A stretch of 64,000 bases of DNA from Eledone cirrhosa (GCA_964016885.1 OZ024753.1:35464001-35528000), one strand, 5' to 3'; shown: positions 25,751-39,145, counted from the stretch's first letter. The notes: generated from the sequence alone by a model not told the origin. Numbers and translations: made by a program.

Positions 25751-26852
25751 GTAAGATTTTACAATTTCTGTCAACCAAATTTCACTCACAAGCCACTATG
25801 ACTGAACCTAAAACCACATAGTTGCATAACAAACGCTCTAACCCACAACTGTGGCCTTATCTATAGTTTTTGTATTTTTTATAAACTGGCACATAACCTA
25901 CTTATTATTTCTCTTCTCAAATTATCCAATACTTCTTTACAGTGTCTGGTTAAATATAAAGAAACTCAGTCTTTGCTCTAGATATACAACTACTTTTATT
26001 GGACAGTATATTGATTGGTTTCATAAACAGGCTGCAAACATATCATCATCATTTAACGTCTGCCTTCCCTGCAAGCAAAGGTTTGATGTGTATTCACAGA
26101 TTGAGTCAGTATTCAAGTTGAACTCTCAGATGGGCCAGGGGGGCCTACATCTCGTTTACACATGTTCCCATGCTCTGTCGAGTGCATTTTATTGTGGCAC
26201 CATCACTAGGGAGGTTGTTGTGTCTTTGATACAGCTAAAGAATTCTTCTGAGCCTTTGTTTAGAAGGTTTTCTATAGCTGGATACCCTTCCTATCACCAA
26301 TCATTTCAAAGAGTGTACTGTGTACGTTTATCATGTAAATCACTGACACTAAGGAGGTTGTCATGTATTTGACACAACTGAAGATCCCTTCTGACCCTTT
26401 CTTGGGCAAGCTTTCTATTGCTGGATGCCCTTCATATCACCAAACCACTTTACAAAGTGTACTGTATCACAAACCTAAATGATTCAGTCCTGAAAGAGAT
26501 GGGAACAGAGAGACAGATAGGTAGTTGTGACCATAAGGAAATAAAAGCTATAGTACATTGGACATGTCATCAGGGCTCAGAACCTCTGCTCCCACATCCT
26601 GGAGGAATGTATCAATGACAGAAGATCGAGAGGAAGATCATGGAGATGCTGGAGTAATGATATCAGAGATTAGATAGGAAGAATGGTGGCAGGGTGCACA
26701 GTTATGACAAGGGAGGGGAGCCAGTGAAGAGCATTGGTGCAATTGTCCATAGTCCTTGACCTTCAGTAATGAGGATGGTAAATGAAGAATATATATATAT
26801 AGTAAACAGATTACCAAGGATTTCTCAGCCTTCGAATTGCCAGACTTTGTAC

Positions 26853-26896
<44 letters not shown>

Positions 26897-27102
26897 CATA
26901 CACACACACATATATATATATATTCACTTGTATTTATCTGTTTACAGTAAGACAAATAACACTGTTAGAACTCCATGTATCAGGGATATGAATATCACAG
27001 CAAAAATATGGTGAAAAAAGTGTTTGTTTTTGCTTTTGTGAAAGAATAACATCATATTAAATTTTGTTGAGTATTTCAATAAACTACAGAGACATATATA
27101 TG

Positions 27103-27203
27103 TAGGGTGTCCCCCAAAAATGTATACACTCATTGATTACCTGTACAGGCAATGTCTATTAGAATGCTGTTGAAATGTGCATACATTTTTTAGGAACACC
27201 CTA
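27103..27203. mobile_element. Tc1/mariner-type MITE of about 100 bp
   Basis: tagggtgtcccccaaaaatgtatacac ... gtgcatacattttttaggaacacccta imperfect terminal inverted repeats in a TA context. Confidence 0.6.
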
Positions 27204-28448
27204 TATATATATATATATATATATATTACAATTTTAGAACAATATAAACACCATTTAGAAGATATTACTGTGGGCGAAATGAAAAGAAAACAAAATAATA
27301 AATGTAAGAGGAATGTATTCCAGTTTATTTTATTATTTTTCACAAAAAACAACAAACAGCTCCCCCAACCTAGGCAGAGCTTTCACTGATGAATTCCTCA
27401 TGTTCATCAAATGCTTTCTTTAACAAAAGAGAGGTAATACACATACATACGTGCATATACACATGCACACACACACATATATATATAATATGCATGTGTG
27501 TAGTGTATGTGTCTCTATGTGTGTATATGTATGTATTACTGCTCTTTTGTTATAAATTATATATATACACATACATACATATATATATATGTATGTATGT
27601 ATATAAATTCACACACCAAGTGCAGAAGAATGGAATGAATTAAAGGGGCAAAAGTGAAGAGGAGGACAACAAAGACAATCACATGGCAGAACAACCATAA
27701 CAAAGATACAGTTGATAATTAAACCTCACACAATGGTGGTGATGGTGGGGGTGATGATCGTGATGTTGATGGTGGAGGAGGTGACACTGGTTGTCTTTCA
27801 TTATGAATATAAATTGAAAATAAATCTATAACACATCAAATGACCAATTAGATTTCAATAGAGTTTATTATATTCTGCATTGCTATTCTTGCTCAACAGC
27901 CTCCCTATTTACTGCAGTGTTGTTGGTATAACTAGGAACAACACTGGATTTGTCAGATGTCATCACTCCCTCCCTCTCTCTCTCTCCTATTTACTGTACA
28001 GTGTTGTTGGTATAACTAGGAACTGTCCAAGCCTCTTATCAATCAGACACTCACCTTCTCTCTTATTCACTGAACCATGTCATCCATCTCATGAGGAATA
28101 ACATTGGCTCTGTCCTTTATTAATCTCTAATTACTACTACCTTGGCACTTATAATCTCACACACATTGTCAGGCTTCCAAATAATTAAACTTATTTCCTA
28201 GTTACATTTGCATTTCCTTCCATCATAATTTCACCTCTGCTCCAAATACTAGCTTAATAACGAGAAAGTTAGTTATTTTACTAAATCCCTGCCAAGTTCT
28301 TGATTGTTTTATAAATGATTTGAAACTCATTGTCAGTGTTTTTTATTAGAAATATGAAACCACATGAAACCAAATATGCAAGACATTCTTGAAAAGTAGT
28401 AAGCCACACTATGACGGCATCACGTTATAAATTAAAATCTTTACATAC

Positions 28449-28530
28449 CTAAATCCATCGCTATCCAGTTGTTGGTTTGCAGGCCTTCAATATGTAAAGG
28501 TGGATCATTTCGAGACCTTCTTTGTTTGTA
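28449..28530 (-). CDS. MALSU1: MALSU1 coding exon 3
   Basis: ttccag|YKQRRSRNDPPLHIEGLQTNNWIAMDL-G|gtatgt. Contains the IEG...W..xDxG motif of RsfS. 82 nt, phase 0 to 1. Confidence 0.92.
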
Positions 28531-28892
28531 CTGGAATGAAAAGAGTTGTTTTATTTTTAATTAGAATCATCAGAAAAGAAATGTCTTTGTTTATATCATA
28601 TATTTTCATCATTGTGACAATTAGTGCTTAGGTTGTTGGACTGAGTGTGTTTATCGTGTAAATAACCAACACTAAGGAGACTGTCATGTCCTTCCAACCC
28701 TTTATTTCACAAGCTTTCTATGGCAGGAGTCAGCCATTTTGGGGGAATTCCTAATTTAACAGAATTGGTGAAAGGTGACCTCACAATAGATGGCAGCAGT
28801 AGTAGTAGCAGCAATAACATGTCTGTTGTGATTTGGTGGGTACCAGCTATTGGCCTTCTATTATAAACACATACATACACACACATATAGAA

Positions 28893-28936
<44 letters not shown>

Positions 28937-28939
<3 letters not shown>

Positions 28940-29554
28940 TTGGGACGAGCTGATAAATTCCGACCTCACACGCTTACACCTCTCCAAGACAATGTCACTG
29001 GACCGAGACCTTTGGCGGTACTCAGTAATAGAGAAGACCCGCCTTACCTAAATACAAAGTAAAAACCTACTACAGTCAGTAGGCATCTCTATCAAAACAC
29101 ACCCCCGTCCCACCACCTCCACCCCACCCACACCGCCCCTTTCAATGTAAAGTTATGTTGGTCCCACAACATCCAGGCCGAAACAAATGAGATCGTGTAG
29201 GTGTCACGACAAAAAACACACAGTCCACGCTGTAAATGTGGCCGTGTAGGCAACACGGTAAAAACCTCCCAGACCCACACTGTAAATGTGGTTGGTGTTA
29301 GGAAGGGCATCCAGCTGTAGAAAACCCGCCAGACAGTCCACGCTGTAATGTGGCCGTGTAGGCAACACGGTAAAAACCTCCCAGCCCCACACTGTAAATG
29401 TGGTTGGTGTTAGGAAGGGCATCCAACTGTAGAAAACCCGCCAGACAGTCCTATGCGAGCAAGACAACCACTCTTGCCTCAAGTGGGAAAACCCCCGTCC
29501 AAACCCATGCAAGCGTGGAACACGGCCGCTAAACCTGATGATGATGATGATGAT
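28937..29554 (+). mobile_element. RTE LINE 3' fragment, second subfamily, with an internal tandem duplication of about 113 bp
   Basis: WDELINSDLTRLHLSKTMSLDRDLWR remnant and a shared aggaagggcatcc motif. Relatives at 5963-6363 and 2661-2808, with a related fragment at 42793-42959. Confidence 0.8.
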
Positions 29555-29672
29555 ATAGGAAAAGGTATGACCCCGACGGCAGAGCTCAAGCCGTTTCGAC
29601 GGCTATTTCTGGACTCAGAAATAGCTGTCGAAACAGCTTGAGCTCTGCCGTCGGGGTCATACCTTTTCCTAT
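29555..29672. repeat. Inverted repeat with 57-bp arms and a 4-nt loop
   Basis: ataggaaaagg...atttctg GACT cagaaat...ccttttcctat, with two transition mismatches. Confidence 0.95.
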
Positions 29673-29754
29673 TACCCACTCTACTACCCTAAGTATTGAG
29701 TGTTTTGGTGCATTATGGTCCATTTGGTTCCTTAACACAATTACTTCGTTATAA

Positions 29755-29845
<91 letters not shown>

Positions 29846-31213
29846 GAGAGAGGGGGAGCAATACATTCACATACACACATATTGAAAGATATATATATAT
29901 ATATAGAGAGAGATAGAGAGAGAAAGACAACAATACATACATGCACACGTCATGATGATGATGATGATGATGATGATTGAGGATGATTATATGTGTGTGT
30001 GTGTGTTTATAATAGAAGGCCAGTAGCTGGTATCAACCACGATATTTCTCACCAAATCACAACAGACACAGAGCTGCTGCTGCCATCTGTTGTGAGGTCA
30101 CACTTCACCAATTCTGTTAAATTAGTGAAAGGTCTGAGGTTATAGAGTCTGGCATTTAACCATTGCCAGGCTCTTGTTGACTGGGAGAGGCTGGCATAAC
30201 ATATTCTTCACTGACAGATACACATATTCATGCATACATACACTCAAGCACATACACACTCACTCAAGTAAACACACTCAAGTATACATGTACACGCTCA
30301 AGTATACACACACACACACACTGAAGTATATATGCACACGCTCAAGTACATTCACATACACTCAAGTACATACACATCTACACAAATATACACACACAAG
30401 CACAAATATACACACATGCTTACATATACACACATATATGATACATACAAGCACAAATATACACACATGCCTACAGATACACATATACACACATGCCTAC
30501 ATATACACATACATGCCTACTTATACACATATATACACACATGCACAAACACTTACAAATCTACATATACATTCACACATATACAGGCACTCACACATGT
30601 ACCCACTTTCTACTGCTAACAGTAAGGGAGGGTAATAACCTTGAATTAAATGCATAATTACACCTATTCCATACAAATACTCTTGTAGATTCTGTTTATA
30701 TCAAAAGAGGTCAACTCTATAACATGTCAGACCTCCACAGCTATCAAGTAATTAGTACGAAGAGATACCAAAGGGTAAAAACCATTGACCCAGGAAAATA
30801 TATTTCTGAAATCATTTTTTTGTTTTCTTTTAGAACCGCCAAACTTTACTTTATAAACAGAAACAACAGTTTTATTGTTAATTCTGTTCCAGCTTCTCAC
30901 TTACAATTTGTAAAAAGCAACATCAATCATCATCATCATCTCTCTTCTTGAATTATTTGTCTCTGTCTTGACCTTTCCCTTCTTAATAACCCCTTGCATT
31001 TTAGTGCCTTAATTGTCTTGTGCTTCGGGTGAACAAAAAAAAAACCAGCAACAAAATTCTTTCTTAATTAATTGAAATAGCGTGTATATCAATCATCCTA
31101 CAATATTTTAGCTGAAAATATCTAAAACGAAGTTTGCTCATTCAAATGTTTATAGTATCTTTACTAGAGGACAGATCATTGTGAAGATTATGGTATTAGA
31201 GTAAAAAACTTAC

Positions 31214-31392
31214 CAGCCATTTAAAAAGTTCAGCCATTGATTTGATATGTCTTGGAGATATACCACTGACCAGTACAAGGTAGTCAACATAGTTGATATT
31301 GGCTGGCACGCTTATTACACACAAGTCCCTTGCGTTCTCTTCTTTCAAAACTGTGACAAGTTCCTCAAGGTCAAATACACCAGTTTTTCCTC
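31214..31392 (-). CDS. MALSU1: MALSU1 coding exon 2
   Basis: tttaacag|GA GGA AAA... encodes RGKTGVFDLEELVTVLKEENARDLCVISVPANINYVDYLVLVSGISPRHIKSMAELFKWL|gtaag, recognisable as the RsfS/Iojap domain. Phase 1 in, phase 0 out. Not in the ORF track. Confidence 0.93.
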
Positions 31393-31469
31393 CTGTTAAA
31401 TAAATAAATTAGAAAAGAAGAAAATTAAAAAAATATGATAGAACAGCAATGACCATCACCATCAAAAGG

Positions 31470-32108
31470 ATTAACTCCTATAATGATTTAGCAGAAAATA
31501 TCTAAAATTAGGTTTCAAATGCTTATAGTATCTTTGCTAGTGAACAGATAGTTGTGAAAATTTGCAGTTATACAGCAAAGACATCGACTTTTGATATGAT
31601 GCAGTCATAGTGGTGTTTCGTACTTTTCAAGAATGTATTGCTAATGTGGTATCACGTAGTTTGTTAATTCAAATGTTTATAGTATGTTAATAGTGGACAG
31701 ATTGTGAACATTTGCAGTAAATTAAAGTAGTACTGTTTAATACTTTTTAAGAAGGTCTTGATAATGCAGTTTCATGTGGTTTGTTTATTCAAATGTTTAT
31801 AGTATCTTTACTAATGGACATAAAGTTGTGGAAATTTGCAATATTAGAGTAAAGACTCCAGTTTTTAATGTGATGCGGCAGCTGTAATGATGTTTTGTAT
31901 TTTCAAGAATATATTGCTAATGTAGTTTCATATGGTTTGTTAATTCAAATGTTTATAGTGTTCTTAATAGTGGACAGATTGTGAACATTTGCAGTAAACT
32001 AAAGTAAAAATTAAAATGTTTAATATGATGCAGTGACAGTGCTGTTTTGTATATTTCAAGAATGTCTTGATAATGCCCCTTCATGTGAAACAGGCCGTTA
32101 AGAGTTAA
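31470..32108. mobile_element. Second TTAA-bounded non-autonomous element with internal direct repeats
   Basis: ttaactcc ... aagagttaa ends, with repeated caaatgtttatagt...ttcaagaa blocks. Related segments at 18880-19067 and 31100-31205. Confidence 0.55.
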
Positions 32109-32336
32109 TTGCATGGATAATTGCATTTCAGTTAATCAAATTTTTTTTTCTTTTCAATTAATAAATGTGAGAGCCAACCATATCTGCAAAACCAGTTAAT
32201 ATTGTTTCTGTTGAGAACATTCTAGAGAAATGACAGGAATGTCACAGCTTCATTGTTTCGGTATCTATGACCTTATTTTAAAGATATACAACAACTATAT
32301 ATATACACACACACACGCTTATATGTATATCTACAT

Positions 32337-32368
<32 letters not shown>

Positions 32369-32769
32369 TACTTTTTTAGAGATAGGTAAAATCCTAACAT
32401 TGGCGCCAAGTGGTTTCAGCTTGTTTGCCACTGTGGTCAAGATTTTACCTATCTCTAAACCCACTCAGTATCTCCCCATGTATTGAGTATTCTATGATTA
32501 GTGGTCTGCCAGGTCTCACCGTCTTTGTGAAGTGAAATTATATATCTCTATATACATAAACACTATATATATATATACACACACACTATATATAGATTGA
32601 GAGTATATATATATATATATTTATATTTATATAGAAACACACTATATATAGATTGGGAGTTATCCATTTAGACTAGTAAGACCATGTTTAGCTAAGTGCT
32701 CAATACTTGCGAAAGTCACCCACTCTACTACCCTATCCACCTGGTATCTTACCACACCTTCTTTGTTTG

Positions 32770-32811
<42 letters not shown>

Positions 32812-34832
32812 ACCTGATTAGGATTAAAGGGATATAACTCTGCAGTACTTAGAAAGATTATTCTATCTTGTATTGCAACAACAATCAATGATGAAATGGC
32901 AGTACCTCAGTCCATGTTATTTTGACAGGTACATATATAAAATACACAGACCACCAGAATTCCTACTACATTCATATATACCTAATCTATCAATACACAT
33001 ACCCTTTCACCCATTCTATGTTATTAAGGCGAGTTGTATGTCTCATGTCAGCACTGATCATTCAGTGTATGTAATACTACCTTATGTTTATTAAAATGGC
33101 AGTGTGTGATTTGAGGGAGAATTAGCTGCTGTAACTAGCAGGTCGAGTGAACAAAATAGCGTTTAAGTTCGTTCGTCAACCCTTTTGATATCATATTTCT
33201 AATGTAATACACTGCCTAAGTGTATCAATCAATTTTGAAAGTACGAAAGCATATAGTGAGATAATTCGCCTTTTCACTACTAGTAAGCTGATGTGGCGTA
33301 TAGTTACGTCCCTTTATCTTCTGAGTTCAATTCCTGCCAAAGTCAGCTTTGTCTTTCATCCTTACAGGGGTCGATAGAATAGAGTACTAGTAATGAACTG
33401 GGGTCAATTTAATCGACACCCCACAAAAACTGTTGGCTTTGTGCCTAAATCAGAAACCATTATCAGTAATCTGGTGTTTGAAACATTATTTAACAAAAAA
33501 TCTTAAATAAAATTGAAGGAAGGTTTTCATATAAATATGAACACTTTAAAATGAGCAGTTTTATATCATAAAAGCAGGGCAGTTTCAGGTGGTTTGGTAT
33601 CAAATCAATCAATTGACCTCATTCACTTACAGAGTGGGGTGGAACTCATCAAATCAGACCAAGGAAACAATGTTTCCATTGCTGATACTATCTACACTAA
33701 AGTGTTTTGCTCAAGGACATAACGCATAACCTTGACTGGGAATCCAATTCTCTAACCACTAAGCCACGTGCAGGGTTAATGTTATTTGGTAGAAATATTA
33801 GAATGCCTGATTAAATGCTTTATAGTATTTCAATCTGTCCTTCAATATTCTAAGTTCAAATCCTTCTCAGGCTTACTTATATTTTCATTATTCTGGAATA
33901 AATGAAGGGTGAGGAATTGGTTGAGTCGTTAGAGTGTCAAACAAATACTTAGCAGTGTTTGTTCCAGCTCTTTACTTTCTGAGTTCAAATCCCTCTGAGG
34001 TTAACTTTACCTTTCATCCTTCTATATGTAAGTGCCAGTCAAGTACTGGGGTCGATATAATCAACTCTACTTAACCTGAAAATTGCTGGCCTTGTGCTAA
34101 ATTTTAAACCATTATTCTGGAATAAATATAATATTTGCTAGTAATACACTAGGGATTTCCCTTTCTAATGAATATTGAGTTTGTGTCTTTCTTTCTGGCA
34201 TAGTATATCTGGAACTAAATTTTCCAATGCCTCCTTCCTTCTTTTTAAGAAATTAATTTGAGGGAGATTTGTTATTTCTAGCAGGTCAAGTGACTACATA
34301 GTGGTTCTCTCACCAGGTTTGCAGGTAACTATTAAGCTGATAATGTCCAGTTCTCAGTATATGGTGTGTTCAAGCAGAGGGTAGCAATTTTTGGTGAAAA
34401 CATGTGTTCTTTTGGTAATAAGACTGTTGATTACGTCAATGACACACACACACGCACACGTCTGTGAAATACTTGGTTACTTACACTTTAATTTAATGAG
34501 TAAGCGGTTCCCATTGACCAAACAAAGGAAGTATTCAACGTCGAAACCGACGGTGGATCATTTTTTATCAATGAGTTTAGAGAAACTAATGGTGGCCGAA
34601 ACAAGATAAAATATGAAAATTAAGATTGAGAACATGAAAGGGTATTATAATAGTAATTGTTTCTACATTTAGCAAAAGGTAAGCAATTTGAAGGGAAAAG
34701 AAACGTCAACCAAATAGACCCCAGTGCGTAACTGGTATTTTATTTTATCGACCCCGTAAGGATGAAGATCAAAGTTAACATCGGCGGGATTTGAACTCAT
34801 ATAATAGTAATTAATAAAAATCTTAACATTAC

Positions 34833-35445
34833 TTTTCAGTTCTATAGGTGGTATATAAGGCTGCGGTTCAAATTCTTCAATTTCTGAATCATCCATGAAT
34901 TGATAGTCTAGGAAATCTTCGATGTCGGAATCATCAACAGTTTCAACATCTGATTTTTCGGATGTCACAAGATTTTCATTTGAGCCAGCGAGTTGCGAGA
35001 CATTGGACACAACGTTTTCAGACTCTTTCGTTTTATTTTCATCCAAGTTTTCGTTCTGGCTATTGTTGTTATTAACTTTGAAATCATCTTTGATGTTTTG
35101 CAGAAATGATTGCACTTCGGGATCTTTGCTGATATCTTCGAACGAATCACCATCGTCTTCAGAATCTTTCTTAGTCGAAGAAGAGTAACAACAACGATGA
35201 CATCGGTTTAATAAAGTCATTTGGGAAGTCTGTGTTGATTTATAATATAAGAACGGAGAAACCTTAACATGACTTCGACCGTACGACCGATAATTTTCAA
35301 TAGCAGAGTGTTTATATTTTAGCTGATGTCGAGAAATACGGAAGAAAGACAACATATTATAGCTCCTATAACCAAGAGATGTAACATTAATAAAATCTTT
35401 AGAATGGCAGAGCAGCCGTGATAGTTTAATAAACTTTAGCGACAT
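34833..35445 (-). CDS. MALSU1: MALSU1 (mitochondrial ribosome silencing/assembly factor, RsfS/Iojap family), coding exon 1
   Basis: ATG at 35445 (MSLKFIKLSRLL..., basic and hydroxylated, like a mitochondrial targeting peptide), then an acidic linker ending ...PPIELK-A|gtaatg (phase 1). An upstream in-frame ATG at 35529 is also possible. Confidence 0.85.
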
Positions 35446-36420
35446 TGTAGTTGTATATCCAAAACAAACATTGACGAAAACATGAACCGCATGCGGAAAA
35501 TGGCTGATTTCCGACTGTCGTAAAATCATTGAGTGTGTTTATGTGGGTACTTATTTGTAGTTGTCTTTAAATGTGGCGTATAATTAATTAGATACTGACC
35601 CTACTTTTATAAAGGGGATGGGAAATTATATTTTGACGTTTATTTAATATAAAATAATATCTTTGACGCAATAATAAACAAGCTTTAAACAAGGCACGTA
35701 ACTACCGAAATATGGCTTATCTCCCTTGAATATTAAGCCTTCAAGCTTTTCATGTATTAATCAACTAATTCGAGATCCTAATAAAAAAAAAATGTCTTCT
35801 AAAATGAAATTGTCATAAGATGTTTGGTAAATTAAGTTTTACGTTTTAGAATTGTGATCTTTCCAACTGTTAATCAAATATATTGCTGATCAACGTCTTT
35901 GTTGGATCTCCGTCTGTTCCGACGACGAGTGTTTCAAGTGTTTGATTAAGTTATTCACAATGTTGAGATCTTTTAGAGATGGTTTCAGCAAGTCCGGGAA
36001 ACTATGCTCACCCATCCACCTCCTAAAAGATATTTCCTAAGCAGAGTTGCTCATAAAAAAAAAAACTTTCTGAAGCAGTTGCCATGCTTGACTAACTAGT
36101 AGTCTGGGGGTACAAAACTATTGCAGAAAGAGAAACGGATTTGTCATCGCTTGCACGAAATATCTGCACGATTAGGTTTGACCTGGGGCTAACACCAGCA
36201 TTACGTCAATATTTCATCCCCGCTTACTTCCCTTGGTTAGTTGTTTATTTAATATAATTGCTTCCCCTTAATCAACATGATCAGTAAACGTCGTAATTGT
36301 TCCATCTAGTCATTTTACCCGTCTAACATTATCATTACATCATTGAATAATCCATCTGATTGTTTTCTTACATAATACCAACACTTAATTAATTGCAGCT
36401 TATGAGAGCGAATACGAGGT
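35446..36420. promoter_or_regulatory. Putative bidirectional promoter region of MALSU1 and TMEM41A
   Basis: Divergent genes. The segment is repeat-poor with locally raised CpG. It contains CCGCATGCGG (NRF1-like palindrome, 35487-35496), AAAATGGC (YY1-like, 35497-35504) and a strong donor GAG|GTAAGC at 36418/36419. Confidence 0.5.
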
Positions 36421-38261
36421 AAGCATGTATAATAACAGTAATACTTCTGTTGGTAATGTTTGTTTGTTATTTGTTTGTCACTAATGATCTAACGAAGTTT
36501 ATTTCCTCATCGCTCCCCAAAACACACACACACACATATATAACTGAATTTATATTATTACTCGTCTCCGGAGTCATGTGTAGTAGTATTTTCTTTTTAA
36601 TTCAATTTTAACGGTAGATAGTTTATAGGTTTAATTACAATGTTGAATGTGAAATTTATTATTTTCCATATGATTTTTATTATTATTCTAAAGATTTGCT
36701 TTGAACGAATAAGGTCTTCAAAATCGTCATAAATTATTCGTGTTCTGTGGTCCCTCCATCCTAGAACTCCATGAAACCCGTCTACAAGACGGGAGTAATA
36801 AAAAAAAAAAAAAAAATCTTTTCACAACTTTGAACTACGTGGTGCTTATCACGCAGAAAGAAGAGTGTCCGAAATCGTGATTGACAAAGGGGAGGTCCTG
36901 TAGTGCGAGCTACATACAAACTGTGATAAATGTGTAATAACTCACACACAAATACATGTTATTGTGCATCTGGCACCACCTATATGTCAATTTGTTTACA
37001 CTTTCATCATTGCTATAACAATTTTTGATGTTTAGGTGGGGCGTGGTGCCCAAACGTTGAGAAGCACTAGGCTAACAGAATGTTCCCCAATATAATTGCT
37101 GAAGATAAAAATGTAAAAACTACCTCAGTATTTGCTCAGCACTTCATAAATACGATCGATTCTTTGTTTATTTAATGTTGATTAAGAGGTAACTGAAAGA
37201 GCATCTGGCCGTAAAATATAGCCTTAAAAAAGACCCCATGATGAGTATGGGGCCTGCTAATCTAACTCCTGCTTTAACCCTTTAGTTACTAACCTGGCCA
37301 AAACCAGCTCTGGTTCCATGACACAAAACCACCCATTTTAAAGGTTTCCAATTTAAATCAAAGTCTTCCAGCATAATTTTATACAAGACCCTTACATTAA
37401 ATTACTTAGTAATGAAATAATTAATCATTTTAGTAAATCCTTCAAAATTCTTGATCAATTAATTGAAATTGACTGTATTTCATTAGAAATGCAGTCATGA
37501 AAGGGTTAAAAAAAAAACCATGATGAGCATGGAGCCTGCATGTGCTTGTCATGAGGCCTGCTAAGCTAACCTCTGCTTTAGCAGGAAATAGCCTTAACCT
37601 TTTAGTATTTAAACTGGCCATAATTCTCTCACCTCTTTCTGTTCAAACTGGCCATAACTGGCTGCTCATACTTATGTTAAGGTATATTTCAAAATAAATA
37701 ATATCAAAATCTCATTCATTCGATACTATGAAAATACAATAGTAAATATAGAGTAATGTAAATACTAAAGGTTAAAACGTTGTTGTTGTTTATTGTTTAT
37801 CTATAATGATGTTGATTGGGTGGTCTTCTTTCTTTTTATCTCTTCTCTTATTTGTTAGCAAAGTAAAACAGCGACTAATCATCAGCCAGACGTGTTGTGT
37901 TGGACACCAACTTCCTTGTTCGATAATAACTGATACCTTTGTGACTTGATCAGAAATTTCCAGGATTGGACAACTGATGTTTAACAACCTAATACTGACT
38001 TTCTTTGGATCTATAATGTTGGTAGATTGACTCAATGTTAAACTACTACTACTATATATACATATATAATATTTATACATAATTATATAAATTATATATA
38101 CATAACACACATATATAATATATATACATAATATATTGTGCAAGGTAAAAAAAAACAGATTAAAAAAATGCAGCAAAACAAACATGGATGACACATTACG
38201 ATACATGCTATTAGTTTAACACTTGAAGAAGGAAATTGTCCATCATTAAAATATTTTCACT

Positions 38262-38374
38262 ATGTTGTACGAACAACGTTGGTTGTGTGTACCTATCCTG
38301 TTTGCACTGTCATCTTTATGGATTTATTATCTGTCAACATATGCACCAACTATCAAAGGTGACAACACTAACAG
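38262..38374 (+). CDS. TMEM41A: TMEM41A (DedA/VTT family membrane protein), coding exon 1
   Basis: MLYEQRWLCVPILFALSSLWIYYLSTYAPTIKGDNTN-AG|gtgagc. Hydrophobic N-terminal segment like that of TMEM41A. Phase 2 joins the next exon in frame. Confidence 0.8.
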
Positions 38375-38796
38375 GTGAGCACTAATTATTTTGTAATTAC
38401 TTTTTATAAAGTTAGTTATCCCAGTGTGCTGTAAAAGGTGATTAAAAGGGCTGTCATGCAGGACATATGAGTGTAAAACATTGCCTATAAACACCTCATT
38501 CAGCTCATGCCAGCATTGAAAAGTGGATGTAAAAAGTAAAGAGGTTGATGATGACGATAATGACAATGATAATGATGAATGTTTCCTTCAGGCATTTTCC
38601 CCCTCAGCCATATTTATCTTGTGACGATGCAGGATTTAGTAGGGAGGGTGTTGCCGTCATGATCCTAATATTAAAGGTTCAATTCAGGATAGAGGAGAGT
38701 GAGAGGAGGAAGAAAATATTTTTGGAGCAAAAACACGTGTTCCATATATATATATCATCATCATCATTTTACGTCCACTCTTGCAAGGGTGGGACA

Positions 38797-38828
<32 letters not shown>

Positions 38829-38977
38829 ATATATGTATATATATGCAGAAGTTATATTTAATTTGTTGGGATTCAACAAGTTTAAAAGTTTTATTACTGA
38901 TATAAAGCACTCAACAGTTAACTGGAGTAAATATTCAATATATTAATAAATGGAAACTATATTTATAAAACCATAAT

Positions 38978-39042
38978 TATTTTATTATATATATTTCAAG
39001 GCCAACCAAGGCAGTTTTGGTGCGCTTTCATCAGATAAAATA
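38978..39042 (-). ncRNA. Minimal type I hammerhead ribozyme motif (Penelope-like)
   Basis: Minus strand: UAUUUUAU-CUGAUGA-AAG(cgcACCAAaacugccUUGGUuggc)CUU-GAA-AUAUAUAU-A-AUAAAAUA. 8-bp stem I, intact core, palindromic stem III, AUA cleavage triplet. Confidence 0.75.
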
Positions 39043-39114
39043 CAAAATTTGTTTTATAAATGTTGACATACCCGTAGAAAAAAAACCTTGACGGTTGAAG
39101 GTTCGCTGGATATG

Positions 39115-39145
<31 letters not shown>

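Noticed and set aside
34669-34832. C-terminal part of the 286-aa ORF in the track
   Set aside because: Read-through past the MALSU1 exon 1 donor into an intronic SINE.
36777-36793. cccgtct-ac-aagacggg hairpin as a Helitron 3' end
   Set aside because: Not followed by the CTRR terminus, and no 5' TC end was identified.
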